Part shown: piece after piece, positions 26,215 to 39,983 of the stretch
How the letters are laid out: each line of letters starts with the position of its first letter
Position numbering within the stretch: position 1 is the stretch's first letter
Source: Octopus sinensis
Lineage: Eukaryota
Direction of reading: 5' to 3'
DNA length: 64,000 nucleotides
NCBI RefSeq assembly: GCF_006345805.1
Contig: NC_043022.1
Location: 4,526,001-4,590,000 of the forward strand
Position numbers and translations under genes: made by a program
Notes under the pieces: generated by a model
Databases searched by the model: none
What the model saw: only the letters and a program-made list of their open reading frames with translations
Told to the model about the DNA's origin: nothing

Positions 26215-27070
26215 CGATGATGATGATGGTGGTGGTGGTGATGGTGGTGGTGGTGGAGGAGGAAGAGGAGGAAGAGGAGGAAGGGTGACGGGGGTGGTGG
26301 CGATGGTGGTGGTGGCAATGAAGATGATGGTGATGATGATGGTGGTGGTGGTGGTGGCAATGAAGATGATGGTGATGATGATGGTGGTGGTGGTGGTGGC
26401 AATGAAGATGATGGTGATGATGATGGTGGTGGTGGTGGTGGCAATGAAGATGACGGTGGATGATGGTGGTGGTGGTGGAGGAGGAGGAGAGGAGGAGGAG
26501 GGGTGACGGGGGTGGTGGCGATGGTGGTGGTGGCAATGAAGATGATGGTGGTGGTGGTGGTGGTGGAGGAAGAGAAGGAGGAGGGGTGACGGTGGTGGAG
26601 GAGGAGGAGGGATGACGGTGGTGGTGGTGGAGGAGGAGGAGGTGGTGGAGGAGGAGGAGGTGGTGGTGGTACTGGTGGTGGTTGGTGGTGGCAATGAAGA
26701 TGATGGTGATGATGGTGGTGGTGGTGGTGGTGGAGGAGAAGGAGGAGGGGTGACGGTGGTGGAGGAGGAGGTGGTAGTGGAGGAGAAGGTGGTGGTGGTG
26801 GAGGCAATGAAGATGGTGGTGGTGGTGATGGTGGAGCAGAAGGAGGAGGAGGGATGGTGGTGGTGGTGGTGGAGGAGGTGGTGGTGGTGGTGGTGGAGGT
26901 GGTGGTGGTTGGTGGTCGCAATGAAGACGATGGTGATGATGATGACAATGAAGAGGTGATGTTGGCGATGAGGATAATGATGAGGAAGATGACAACAATT
27001 ATCATGAGGGTGGTGGATAGGGTGATGACATCCACCATAACCTCTACCACCATTGCCATCATCATCATCA
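26215..27070. repeat. (GGT)/(GGA)/(GAT) trinucleotide minisatellite with ~42-bp higher-order units
   Basis: GCAATGAAGATGATGGTGATGATGATGGTGGTGGTGGTGGTG recurs several times. Confidence 0.9.
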
Positions 27071-28182
27071 TCAGCATTGTTGTAAACAGCAGTGGCAATA
27101 TACAAATAAATGTATATATATATTTATTTGTGTGTATTACTCTTTTACTTGTTTCAGTCATTTGACTGCGGCCATGCTGGAGCACCGCCTTTAGTCGAGC
27201 AAATCGACCACGGGACTTATTCTTTGTAAGCCCAGTACTTATTCTATCAGTCTCTTTTGCCGAACCGCTAAGTGACGGGGACGTAAACACACCAGCATCG
27301 GTTGTCAAGCAATGCTAGGGGGACAAACACAGACACAGAAACATATACACACACATACATACATACATATACATACATATATACGACAGGCTTCTTTCAG
27401 TTTCCGTTAACCTAATCCACTCACAAGGCATTGGTCGGCTATAGTAGAAGACACTTACCCAAGGTGCCACACAGTGGGACTGAACCCGGAACCATGTGGT
27501 TGGTAAACAAGCTACTTACCACACAGTCACTCCTGCGTGTGTATATAAATTAATCATTCAAATTATTTATACTAATTCTGTGAAAGTGCGTGGCCCAGTG
27601 GTTAGGCTGTTGCTCTCACGATCACTAGATTGTGGCTTCAATTCCCTGAGTGGGCAGTGCATTGTGCTCTTGAGCAAGACTCTTCATTTCACATTACTCC
27701 AGTACCCTCTTTCGATCAAGGTGGAGGGGGGATGTTGGCCTGCTCGTCTAGCCAACAGGGTGGCATCATTTGATGGGTGAAACAAGCGCATTGTGATCAG
27801 CGATGTGTAACAACATCTGATAGCCTGATCAGTCACATGAACACGTAATCCCATGATACGAATACTAGAGAAAGATATGAATAAGTTAACGTGTATGCAT
27901 GCGTGAATACATACATACATACATACACACACACGCACGCACGCACACACACACACACATACACATATATATATATATATATAATGGCTGTGTGGTAAGA
28001 AGCTTGTTTCCCAACCACATGGTTCCAGGTTCCGTCCCACTGCATGACACCTTGGACAAGTGTCTTCTATTATAGCCTCAGACCGACCAAAGCCTTGTGA
28101 GTGGCTTTGGTAGACGAAAACTGAAAGAAGCCTGTCACATATATATATATATATATATATATATGTGTATATAATATATATG

Positions 28183-28223
<41 letters not shown>

Positions 28224-28243
28224 TGTGTGTGTGTGTGTGTGTG

Positions 28244-28280
<37 letters not shown>

Positions 28281-28283
<3 letters not shown>

Positions 28284-28560
28284 GAGGCGCAATGGCCCAG
28301 TGGTTAGGGCAGCGGACTCGCGGTCGTAGGATTGCGGTTTCGATTCCCAGACCGGGCGCTGTGAGTGTTTATTGAGCAAAAACACCTAAAAGCTCCACGA
28401 CGCTCCGGCAGGGGGTGGTAATCCCTGCTGTACTCTTTCTCTCTTTCTTCTGTTCTGGTCGCTTAGCCAGCGGGGTGGCGTCATACGAAGGCTAAAACAA
28501 TGCGAAGCGCATTGTGACCAGCGATGTGTAACAACATCTGATGGTCTGGTCAGTCACGTG
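28281..28560 (+). mobile_element. tRNA(Arg)-like SINE
   Basis: A box TGGCCCAGTGG, B box GGTTTCGATTCC, and anticodon-like arm GACTCGCGGTC. The same head occurs at 45354-45744(-), 48307-48662(-) and 49188-49572(+). Confidence 0.8.
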
Positions 28561-28582
28561 ATATATATATATATATATATAT

Positions 28583-28795
28583 AGTGTAATGATTAAGAGC
28601 ACGGGCTATGAACCTCAAGATTGTGAGTTCAACTCCATGCAGTTTCTTGAATAAACATCAGTAAAAAAAAATATCTTAGGAATGAGAATCCAGGGTTGGG
28701 TTCAAAACCTGATGAAGGCTGGAGAGTAAATCAGCCAAGACATGGTAACAACAAACAAGATGAGGACACATATCTGTCCAATGTGAATAATGTCC
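28583..28795 (+). mobile_element. tRNA-headed SINE with hammerhead-like 3' module (family H2)
   Basis: B-box-like GAGTTCAACTCC. Motif CTGATGA-A-GGCTG-GAGAGTAAAT-CAGCC-AAGAC-AT at 28709-28743. Confidence 0.6.
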
Positions 28796-28872
28796 AGAAT
28801 TCCTCATTTCAAAAATATAGAACAGTAAAGTGGGAAAATTATGAGAAAAGTCATTTCTATCAACTTTTTCAA

Positions 28873-28905
<33 letters not shown>

Positions 28906-29785
28906 CATGCACACACACACAGAAACACATATATGGTACAATTGACCCCTGCATATGAGGGTACTTTATTTCATTGAATCTAGAGGGATGGCCATAAAGA
29001 GATTTGACTTCAAAATGTAAAGAACTCCCCCCAAAATTTTGTTCGATGCTCTACCAATTCTGCCATTCCACCATTCTTAATAGTCATTGTTTCTAATGTA
29101 GGTAAAAGGGGAGACATTTGTGAGACTTTGGTGGAGAGTGATATTAGACTATATTAACCCCAGCAAATGACTGGTATTTCATATTTATTAACCCTAGGAA
29201 GAAGTAAGGCAAAATTGACTTTGGTCAAATACAAAAATTCCTCACTTGAAAAGCAGCCAAGGCGCAGGCGTGGCTGAGTGGCAAGAAGCTCACTTCCCAA
29301 CCACATGGTTCTGGGTTCAGTTCCACTGCCTGGCGCCTTGGGCAAGTGTCTTCTACTATAGCCTTGGGCCAACCAAAGTTTTGTGAGTGAATTTGGTAGA
29401 TGGAGACTGAAAGAAACCCGTAGTATTGACTGGTTTTGTCTTCAGTCAAACCATCCAATCCATGCCAGCATGGAAAGTGGACGTTAAACAACGATGATGA
29501 TGATGATATACATATAATGTGTGTGTGTATATATACTCTTACTCTTTTTACTCTTTTACTTGTTTCAGTCATTTGACTGCGGCCATGCTGGAGCACCATC
29601 TTTAGTCGAGCAAATCGACCCCGGGACTTATTCTTTGTAAGCCCAGTACTTATTCTATCGGTCTCTTTTGCCGAACCGCTAAGTGACAGGGACGTAAACA
29701 CACCAGCATCGGTTGTCAAGCAATGCTAGGGGGACAAACACAGACACACAAACACACAGCTATATATATATATATATTATATATA

Positions 29786-29833
<48 letters not shown>

Positions 29834-29991
29834 CAGGCTTCTTTCAGTTTCCGTCTACCAAATCCACTCACAAGCCATTGGTCGGCCCGGGGCTATAGCA
29901 GAAGACACTTGCCCAAGATGCCACGCAGTGGGACTGAACCCGGAACCATGTGGTTGGTTAGCAAGCTACTTACCACACAGCCACTCCTGCG

Positions 29992-30028
<37 letters not shown>

Positions 30029-30466
30029 TCATCATCATCTTTTAACGTCCATCTTCCATGCATGCATGGATAGGTTGGCTGACAGGAGTTGGCCAGGAAG
30101 AAAATCTACCCAAGGCTACTGTGTCTGTTTTGGCAAGGAACTTTCGGCTGGATGCCCTTCCTAACACCAACCACTCCACAATTATATGTGTTTGCGTATA
30201 TTTCTGAGTGTGTGTCTCTCTGTCTGTGTTTGTCCACCCCGCCATTGCTTGACAACCAATGTTGGTGTGGTTATGTCCCTGTAACTTAGCCGTTCAGTAA
30301 AAGAGACCAATAGAATAAGTACTAGGCTTATAAAGAATAAGTCGCGGGGTTGATTTGTTTGACTAAAGCCCTTTGAGGCACTGCTCCAGCATGGCCACAG
30401 TCAGATGACTGAAAGAAGTAAAAGAATTTAATAAATAAAAGAATAAAGGTTGGTGACTGGAAGAGC

Positions 30467-33400
30467 GGTTGGCCATAAAATCGTGTCTTAGAATCAGTTC
30501 CTGTTGAAGCCAGACCAGAATGGTAAAATGGACATTAAGCAGATGAATGAAGGAAGTAAAATGGTCCGTAATAGTCGAAAGGCCATTAAACCCCAACCAC
30601 CATCACCAAAGGGGATGAAATGTCTGAAGGAAGATGACAAAAGCAACAGATGGTGTTCCATCTTCTATTTTCTGTTCAGCCTCAAATTGGGAGATGCAAG
30701 TGGGTTTGAGGGGTAGACTTGTCTTCCAAGAGGAGATAATGGTAACATCTCTCCCTCTCTCTCTTTCGGAGAGGCACAAGCACCTACACGCACATATACA
30801 CACACGGCAGTAACTTCCGCCTGCCGAATTCCATCACAAAGCTTCGGTCGACTCGGGGCTATAGTGGAAGACACCTACCCAAAGTGCCAGGCAGTGGGAC
30901 TGAACCCAAAACCATGTAGCGAGGACTCACTAAAAAAATGTTCTTGCTCTTCAGGAAAATGAAAAAAACAATAATCATGGTTGAATTTACAGTGTCCCGG
31001 GAGGACAAACTTGATCTTTCTCACCGGGTAAAGAAATTGTCATTTTAGGACTTGGTCAACAAGGCCCTTGTCTAGCGCTGGCATGCTGCCTTGTTCCCCA
31101 TCAGAGTCGGCTGTTTTGGCTTGCTATCTAGATCAGTGCACTATTTTCCTGCAGAAGATAAGCCTGAAACTCAAGTCAAGTGAAGAAAACCGTCAAGGTT
31201 AGCACAAGATGGATATGGCTGAGAAGAGACCACAGGTAGAAACCTTCCATAAGTGAAGACCCGCTCAGTCCTTGCTGCCTTACTCAAATGGGGCGAAATG
31301 CTTGTGACACTAGCACAAGATGGATATGGCTGAGAAGAGACCACAAGTAGAAACCTTCCATAAGTGAAGACCGCTCAGTCCTTGCTGCCTTACTCAAATG
31401 GGGCGAAATGCTTGTGACACTAGCACAAGATGGATATGGCTGAGAAGAGACCACAAGTAGAAACCTTCCATAAGTGAAGACCCGCTCAGTCCTTTGCTGC
31501 CTTACTCAATGGGGCGAAATGCTTGTGACACTAGCACAAGATGGATATGGCTGAGAAGAGACCACAAGTAGAAACCTTCCATAAGTGAAGACCCGCTCAG
31601 TCCTTTGCTGCCTTACTCAAATGGGGCGAAATGCTTGTGACACTAGCACAAGATGGATATGGCTGAGAAGAGACCACAAGTAGAAACCTTCCATAAGTGA
31701 AGACCCGCTCAGTCCTTTGCTGCCTTACTCAAATGGGGCGAAATGCTTGTGACACTAGCACAAGATGGATATGGCTGAGAAGAGACCACAAGTAGAAACC
31801 TTCCATAAGTGAAGACCCGCTCAGTCCTTTGCTGCCTTACTCAAATGGGGCGAAATGCTTGTGACACTAGCACAAGATGGATATGGCTGAGAAGAGACCA
31901 CAAGTAGAAACCTTCCATAAGTGAAGACCCGCTCAGTCCTTTGCTGCCTTACTCAAATGGGGCGAAATGCTTGTGACACTAGCACAAGATGGATATGGCT
32001 GAGAGAGACCACAAGTAGAAACCTTCCATAAGTGAAGACCCGCTCAGTCCTTGCTGCCTTACTCAAATGGGGCGAAATGCTTGTGACACTAGCACAAGAT
32101 GGATATGGCTGAGAAGAGACCACAAGTAGAAACCTTCCATAAGTGAAGACCCGCTCAGTCCTTTGCTGCCTTACTCAAATGGGGCGAAATGCTTGTGACA
32201 CTAGCACAAGATGGATATGGCTGAGAAGAGACCACAAGTAGAAACCTTCCATAAGTGAAGACCGCTCAGTCCTTTGCTGCCTTACTCAAATGGGGCGAAA
32301 TGCTTGTGACACTAGCACAAGATGGATATGGCTGAGAAGAGACCACAAGTAGAAACCTTCCATAAGTGAAGACCCGCTCAGTCCTTTGCTGCCTTACTCA
32401 AATGGGGCGAAATGCTTGTGACACTAGCACAAGATGGATATGGCTGAGAAGAGACCACAAGTAGAAACCTTCCATAAGTGAAGACCCGCTCAGTCCTTTG
32501 CTGCCTTACTCAAATGGGGCGAAATGCTTGTGACACTAGCACAAGATGGATATGGCTGAGAAGAGACCACAAGTAGAAACCTTCCATAAGTGAAGACCCG
32601 CTCAGTCCTTTGCTGCCTTACTCAAATGGGGCGAAATGCTTGTGACACTAGCACAAGATGGATATGGCTGAGAAGAGACCACAAGTAGAAACTTCCATAA
32701 GTGAAGACCCGCTCAGTCCTTGCTGCCTTACTCAAATGGGGCGAAATGCTTGTGACACTAGCACAAGATGGATATGGCTGAGAAGAGACCACAAGTAGAA
32801 ACCTTCCATAAGTGAAGACCCGCTCAGTCCTTTGCTGCCTTACTCAAATGGGGCGAAATGCTTGTGACACTAGCACAAGATGGATATGGCTGAGAAGAGA
32901 CCACAAGTAGAAACCTTCCATAAGTGAAGACCCGCTCAGTCCTTTGCTGCCTTACTCAAATGGGGCGAAATGCTTGTGACACTAGCACAAGATGGATATG
33001 GCTGAGAAGAGACCACAAGTAGAAACCTTCCATAAGTGAAGACCCGCTCAGTCCTTTGCAGCCTTACTCAATGGGGCGAAATGCTTGTGACACTAGCACA
33101 AGATGGATATGGCTGAGAAGAGACCACAAGTAGAAACCTTCCATAAGTGAAGACCCGCTCAGTCCTTTGCTGCCTTACTCAAATGGGGCGAAATGCTTGT
33201 GACACTAGCACAAGATGGATATGGCTGAGAAGAGACCACAAGTAGAAACCTTCCATAAGTGAAGACCCGCTCAGTCTTGCTGCCTTACTCAAATGGGGCG
33301 AAATGCTTGTGACACTAGCACAAGATGGATATGGCTGAGAAGAGACCACAAGTAGAAACCTTCCATAAGTGAAGACCCGCTCAGTCCTTTGCTGCCTTAC

Positions 33401-36345
33401 TCAAATGGGGCGAAATGCTTGTGACACTAGCACAAGATGGATATGGCTGAGAAGAGACCACAAGTAGAAACCTTCCATAAGTGAAGACCCGCTCAGTCCT
33501 TTGCTGCCTTACTCAAATGGGGCGAAATGCTTGTGACACTAGCACAAGATGGATATGGCTGAGAAGAGACCACAAGTAGAAACCTTCCATAAGTGAAGAC
33601 CCGCTCAGTCCTTTGCCTTACTCAAATGGGGCGAATGCTTGTGACACTAGCACAAGATGGATATGGCTGAGAAGAGACCACAAGTAGAAACCTTCCATAA
33701 GTGAAGACCCGCTCAGTCCTTTGCTGCCTTACTCAAATGGGGCGAAATGCTTGTGACACTAGCACAAGATGGATATGGCTGAGAAGAGACCACAAGTAGA
33801 AACCTTCCATAAGTGAAGACCCGCTCAGTCCTTTGCTGCTTACTCAAATGGGGCGAAATGCTTGTGACACTAGCACAAGATGGATATGGCTGAGAAGAGA
33901 CCACAAGTAGAAACCTTCCATAAGTGAAGACCCGCTCAGTCCTTTGCTGCCTTACTCAAATGGGGCGAAATGCTTGTGACACTAGCACAAGATGGATATG
34001 GCTGAGAAGAGACCACAAGTAGAAACCTTCCATAAGTGAAGACCCGCTCAGTCCTTTGCTGCCTTACTCAAATGGGGCGAAATGCTTGTGACACTAGCAC
34101 AAGATGGATATGGCTGAGAAGAGACCACAAGTAGAAACCTTCCATAAGTGAAGACCCGCTCTGTCCTTTGCTGCCTTACTCAAATGGGGCGAAATGCTTG
34201 TGACACTAGCACAAGATGGATATGGCTGAGAAGAGACCACAAGTAGAACCTTCCATAAGTGAAGACCCGCTCAGTCCTTTGCTGCCTTACTCAAATGGGG
34301 CGAAATGCTTGTGACACTAGCACAAGATGGATATGGCTGAGAAGAGACCACAAGTAGAAACCTTCCATAAGTGAAGACCCGCTCAGTCCTTTGCTGCCTT
34401 ACTCAAATGGGGCGAAATGCTTGTGACACTAGCACAAGATGGATATGGCTGAGAAGAGACCACAAGTAGAAACCTTCCATAAGTGAAGACCCGCTCAGTC
34501 CTTTGCTGCCTTACTCAAATGGGGCGAAATGCTTGTGACACTAGCACAAGATGGATATGGCTGAGAAGAGACCACAAGTAGAAACCTTCCATAAGTGAAG
34601 ACCCGCTCAGTCCTTTGCTGCCTTACTCAAATGGGGCGAAATGCTTGTGACACTAGCACAAGATGGATATGGCTGAGAGAGACCACAAGTAGAAACCTTC
34701 CATAAGTGAAGACCCGCTCAGTCTTTGCTGCCTTACTCAAATGGGGCGAAATGCTTGTGACACTAGCACAAGATGGATATGGCTGAGAAGAGACCACAAG
34801 TAGAAACTTCCATAAGTGAAGACCCGCTCAGTCCTTTGCTGCCTTACTCAAATGGGGCGAAATGCTTGTGACACTAGCACAAGATGGATATGGCTGAGAA
34901 GAGACCACAAGTAGAAACCTTCCATAAGTGAAGACCCGCTCAGTCCTTTGCTGCCTTACTCAAATGGGGCGAAATGCTTGTGACACTAGCACAAGATGGA
35001 TATGGCTGAGAAGAGACCACAAGTAGAAACCTTCCATAAGTGAAGACCCGCTCAGTCCTTTGCTGCCTTACTCAAATGGGGCGAAATGCTTGTGACACTA
35101 GCACAAGATGGATATGGCTGAGAAGAGACCACAAGTAGAAACCTTCCATAAGTGAAGACCCGCTCAGTCCTTTGCTGCCTTACTCAAATGGGGCGAAATG
35201 CTTGTGACACTAGCACAAGATGGATATGGCTGAGAAGAGACCACAAGTAGAAACCTTCCATAAGTGAAGACCCGCTCAGTCCTTTGCTGCCTTACTCAAA
35301 TGGGGCGAAATGCTTGTGACACTAGCACAAGATGGATATGGCTGAGAAGAGACCACAAGTAGAAACCTTCCATAAGTGAAGACCCGCTCAGTCCTTGCTG
35401 CCTTACTCAAATGGGGCGAAATGCTTGTGACACTAGCACAAGATGGATATGGCTGAGAAGAGACCACAAGTAGAAACCTTCCATAAGTGAAGACCCGCTC
35501 AGTCTTTGCTGCCTTACTCAAATGGGGCGAAATGCTTGTGACACTAGCACAAGATGGATATGGCTGAGAAGAGACCACAAGTAGAAACCTTCCATAAGTG
35601 AAGACCCGCTCAGTCCTTGCTGCCTTACTCAAATGGGGCGAAATGCTTGTGACACTAGCACAAGATGGATATGGCTGAGAAGAGACCACAAGTAGAAACC
35701 TTCCATAAGTGAAGACCCGCTCAGTCCTTGCTGCCTTACTCAAATGGGGCGAAATGCTTGTGACACTAGCACAAGATGGATATGGCTGAGAAGAGACCAC
35801 AAGTAGAAACCTTCCATAAGTGAAGACCCGCTCAGTCCTTGCTGCCTTACTCAAATGGGGCGAAATGCTTGTGACACTAGCACAAGATGGATATGGCTGA
35901 GAAGAGACCACAAGTAGAAACCTTCCATAAGTGAAGACCCGCTCAGTCCTTGCTGCCTTACTCAAATGGGGCGAAATGCTTGTGACACTAGCACAAGATG
36001 GATATGGCTGAGAAGAGACCACAAGTAGAAACCTTCCATAAGTGAAGACCCGCTCAGTCCTTGCTGCCTTACTCAAATGGGGCGAAATGCTTGTGACACT
36101 AGCACAAGATGGATATGGCTGAGAAGAGACCACAAGTAGAAACCTTCCATAAGTGAAGACCCGCTCAGTCCTTTGCTGCCTTACTCAAATGGGGCGAAAT
36201 GCTTGTGACACTAGCACAAGATGGATATGGCTGAGAAGAGACCACAAGTAGAAACCTTCCATAAGTGAAGACCCGCTCAGTCCTTGCTGCCTTACTCAAA
36301 TGGGGCGAAATGCTTGTGACACTGATCCACCTGCTGATGATAAGG
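30467..36345 (+). mobile_element. Degenerate Hero-like RLE non-LTR retrotransposon 3' portion, containing a satellite expansion
   Basis: Relic peptides NRVLES, SASNWEMQVGLRGRLVFQEEIMVTSL, IIMVEFTVSREDKL...FPIRVGCFG and STRWIWLRRDH* match my recollection of Hero-clade C-termini (DW.M.VDL, ELTVPWE, PVEVGCRG, SRWLWL.R). Interrupted by a SINE piece at about 30790-30920. Confidence 0.7.
31201..36323 (+). repeat. Tandem satellite, 46 units of 108-112 bp (mostly 111-112)
   Basis: Unit AGCACAAGATGGATATGGCTGAGAAGAGACCACAAGTAG...GGGGCGAAATGCTTGTGACACT. No spacers. Units differ almost only by 1-bp indels. Confidence 0.97.
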
Positions 36346-36500
36346 AAGGGTTTCCAGTCTTGCAATGGATTCAGAAGGCTTGCAAAGCCTCTGAGTAGCT
36401 CCTGTGGTTTCTGTGTGAAGCAAAGCATATCTGGTATTTATTTCACCTTCCACCCAAAGCAGGGCAGAAAATACTGAATCCAGCAAAACTTCTTATTTAA

Positions 36501-36720
36501 CCCTTTAGCGTTCGAATTAATATGTCAAAAGAAATCTTTATTCATTTACATTTAAAAAAATTAATCTGGTATTATCTTGTAGCTTCAAGATTTGAAAGAT
36601 GTAATTGTTTATTTTTAGAATGACATTGCAGGGTAGGTGTGAGATACTGGTTCTGGCCAGTTTGAGCATAAAATGAGTAGAATATTTGAGTCGGATATAG
36701 CCGGTTTAAACACTAAAGGG
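36501..36720. mobile_element. piggyBac-like MITE
   Basis: TTAA|CCCTTTAG...CTAAAGGG|TTAA. Confidence 0.8.
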
Positions 36721-38721
36721 TTAAAACAGTTTATAGTTAGAAAAAGAAAAAAACATTTTTAACCCAGAAAATATTAAAAAAAAAAAAAAGTTACAAGCGT
36801 AAATGTATTGTAAACAAAATGTAAAACATTAAAAAGGAATAAAAAAAAACTCCGCTTTTAGCATAGATACCATTTTTGTTTTTTGCTGTTTTCTATAAAA
36901 GCAACATTTTCGTCTTACACAAGGAAGGAAAGTTTTGTTAATGTTAGGTTTGCCTAGCAACATAGAGTGAAAAGTTTTTACCTCAGACCGTGTAAAAACA
37001 CATTAGCTGCGAAATAAAATATATTTGTAAATAAATAATGCTTTGCACAATATTTTAGTCTTCCTTATAATTACTTCATGGTTGTTTAAACAGTTTTATT
37101 GATGTTCATGGTACCGTAACGCTAAATAGAGTTGGATATTTAAACTTTTAGTTGACAATTCCCAAGAGTAAAGAATTATAATAGAACGAAGAGAAAACAG
37201 AGAGAAAGAAAGAACAGAAAGAAAATAAGGTAAATAAGAATTAAGGTAAATAAGCAAGTGAAAGAAATCTATGAGAAAAATTTATTTATGAAATTGAAAA
37301 ATATAGCCAAATTTATTGTTATTGGATATAAAGGGGTGAATGGTTGCTATTCTTTATTATAGGTTTAACTATCACTATTCTTGAAAATATATGTGTGGAA
37401 TAAAGAAAGAATCACCAAAATAACAAAGAATTCCTTGTTTTGTGTTGATTTATAAAGGCATCTGATTCACGAAAAATTTTACGGTCTTCTTTTTTTTTTG
37501 AAATTTTTTGAAGATTCCAAAAACTGAAGCAGAGAATTTGAACTAAAATATAAAAATAATTAACAATGCATAGAATATCAGGTTAAAAAAATATCTCTGA
37601 ATAGGGGAAAAAAAGCCAAAGGTTAGCACAGCTGTCATGTTCACAGAAGATCTAGGTTCAAATCCCTCCAGCTGCTTTTGACTTTTATTTTCAACGCAAG
37701 GGTTTTTTTCTTTTGTTTTTTTTTAAAATCCCGTATCCTATGGGGGATTATTTATGACTTTATCTCAACACAGCGAAGGCACATGGCTTAGTGGTTAGGG
37801 TATTCAGCTCACGATCGTATGATTGTGAGTTCAATTCCTGGCAACAGGGTTTGTCCTTGAGCAAGACCCTTCACTTCATGCTTCTTCATTCAGCTGGCAA
37901 AGGTGAGGTCACCACTTTCAAGAAATTTTAGTTCTATGAATTGACCACAGTATTTTCTTTTGAAAGCCTGGTACTTTATCAGTTTTTTTTAATTTTTTGC
38001 TGAACTAAGACATAAGAACATAAACACACCAACACCAGTTGTCAGATGGTGTTGGAGAACAAACACAGACACACACACACACGACAGGCTTCTTTCAGTT
38101 TCCGTCTGCCAAATCCACTCACAAGTCTTTGGTCAGCTTGGGGCTATAGTAGAAAACACTTGTTCAAGGTGCCATGCAGTGGAACTGAACCAGGAACCAT
38201 GTGGTTGGAAAGCAAACTTCTTACCATGCAGCCATGCCTTCACTTATGTACATGCATACATGTAAATATATGCATGAGAATACATACATACACACAAATC
38301 TGCAGATACATACACATACATACATACAAACAAAAATACCCTGTTGTGGATGTTGAAATTCCAATGAAGGAGCCTTGAATCTAGGTTAGAAAAAACTTAT
38401 TCTATCAGTCTCTTTTGCCGAACCGATGAGTTATGGGGACATAAATACACCCGCATTGGTTGTCAAGCAATGTGGGGGGGAGGGCAAACACAGTCACACA
38501 AACACATACATACATATATATATATACATATATATACGATAGGCTTCTTTCAGTTTCCATCTACCAAATCCACTTACAAGGCTTTGGTCAGCCTGAGACT
38601 ATAGTAGAAGACACTTGCCCAAGGTGCCACACAGTAGGACTGAACCCGGAACCATGTGGCTGGTAAGCAAGCTACTTACCACACAGCAACGCCTATGCCT
38701 ATATATATATGTATATATATA

Positions 38722-38782
<61 letters not shown>

Positions 38783-39983
38783 ATGGGCTTCTTTTAGTTT
38801 CTGTTAACCAAATCTACTCACAAGGCATTGGGCTGTCTAAGAACATAGTAGAAGACACTAAGAACATAGTAGAAGAGGATATGTGGTAAGAAGCTTTCTC
38901 CCCAACAACATGGTTCTGGGTTCAGTCCCACTGTGTGGCACCTTGGGCAAGTGTCTTCTACTATGGCCTCAGGCCAATCAATATGTAGATGGAAACTGAA
39001 AGAAGCCTGTCATATATATATATATGTATATTTATGGATATAAATGTATAAATGTACACATCTATGTATGTGAGTGTCTTTGTGTCTGTGTTTGTTCCTC
39101 CTCCACTGCTTGACTACTGGTGTTGGTGTGTTTACATCCCCGTAACTCAGCGCAGCAAAAGAGACTGACAGAATAAGCACCAGGCTAAAAAAAAAAAACA
39201 AATAAATCCAGGGGTGAGATTTGTTTGGCTAAAATACCCTTCGAGGTGGTGCTCCAGTATGGCCGCAGTCAAAATGGTTGAAACAATTAAAAGAAAGAAG
39301 ATATATTTGTATGTTTGTATGTGTGTGTCTGTGTGTGTTTGTGTTTGTCTCCATGTGTTTGTGTGTGTGTGGTTTAATGGTTAGGGTATTCGGCTTATGA
39401 TCGTCAGTTAATGAGTTCAATACTTGGCAGTGCCTTGTGTCCTTAAGCAAGACACTTTGCTTCACTTTATTGCTCCAGTCCACTCAGCTGGCAAAAATGT
39501 GTTGTACCAGTAATTCCAAAGGGGCCATCCTTGTCACATTCTGTGTGTCACACTGAATCTCCCTGAGAACTACGTTAAGGGTATGCATGTCTGTGGAGTA
39601 CTCAGCCACTTGCATGTTAATCTCACAAGCAGGTTGTTCTATTGATCTGATCAACTTGTAACCCTCATTGTCATAACCGACGGAGCACCACTTTTAGTGA
39701 AAGTGTACGACTGAATGTCTAGGGCATTCAGCTTACAATCGTAAGGTCATGAGTTCAATTCTGGGCAGAGTGTTGTGTTCTTGAGCAAGACACTTTATTT
39801 CACATTGCTGCAATCCACAGACTTAAAGGGTATTTCAATCAAAAGAATCTCACCCCAGGACTTCATTTTATTTTTTTTAAGCCTGGTACTTATTCCACTG
39901 GTCCCTTTTGCCACGCTAAGTTATAGGGATGTAAACACACCAACAGCAGTTGCCAAGTGGTGGTGGGAGGACAAACACACACA

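Noticed and set aside
8805-27308. Long Pro/His/Thr/Val-rich ORFs (8805-9563, 8885-9550, 19326-19859, 26147-27308)
   Set aside because: They are translations of trinucleotide repeats, open in several frames, with no domain content.
35276-36133. 285-aa repetitive ORF on the minus strand
   Set aside because: It is a by-product of the 111-bp (in-frame) satellite variant.
31201-36323. CRISPR-like array
   Set aside because: The units are contiguous and near-identical, with no unique spacers and no cas genes. The context is eukaryotic.
36295-36345. Type II hammerhead from GAAA...CTGATGA at the Hero-like 3' end
   Set aside because: Stems I and III cannot be paired around a UH site.
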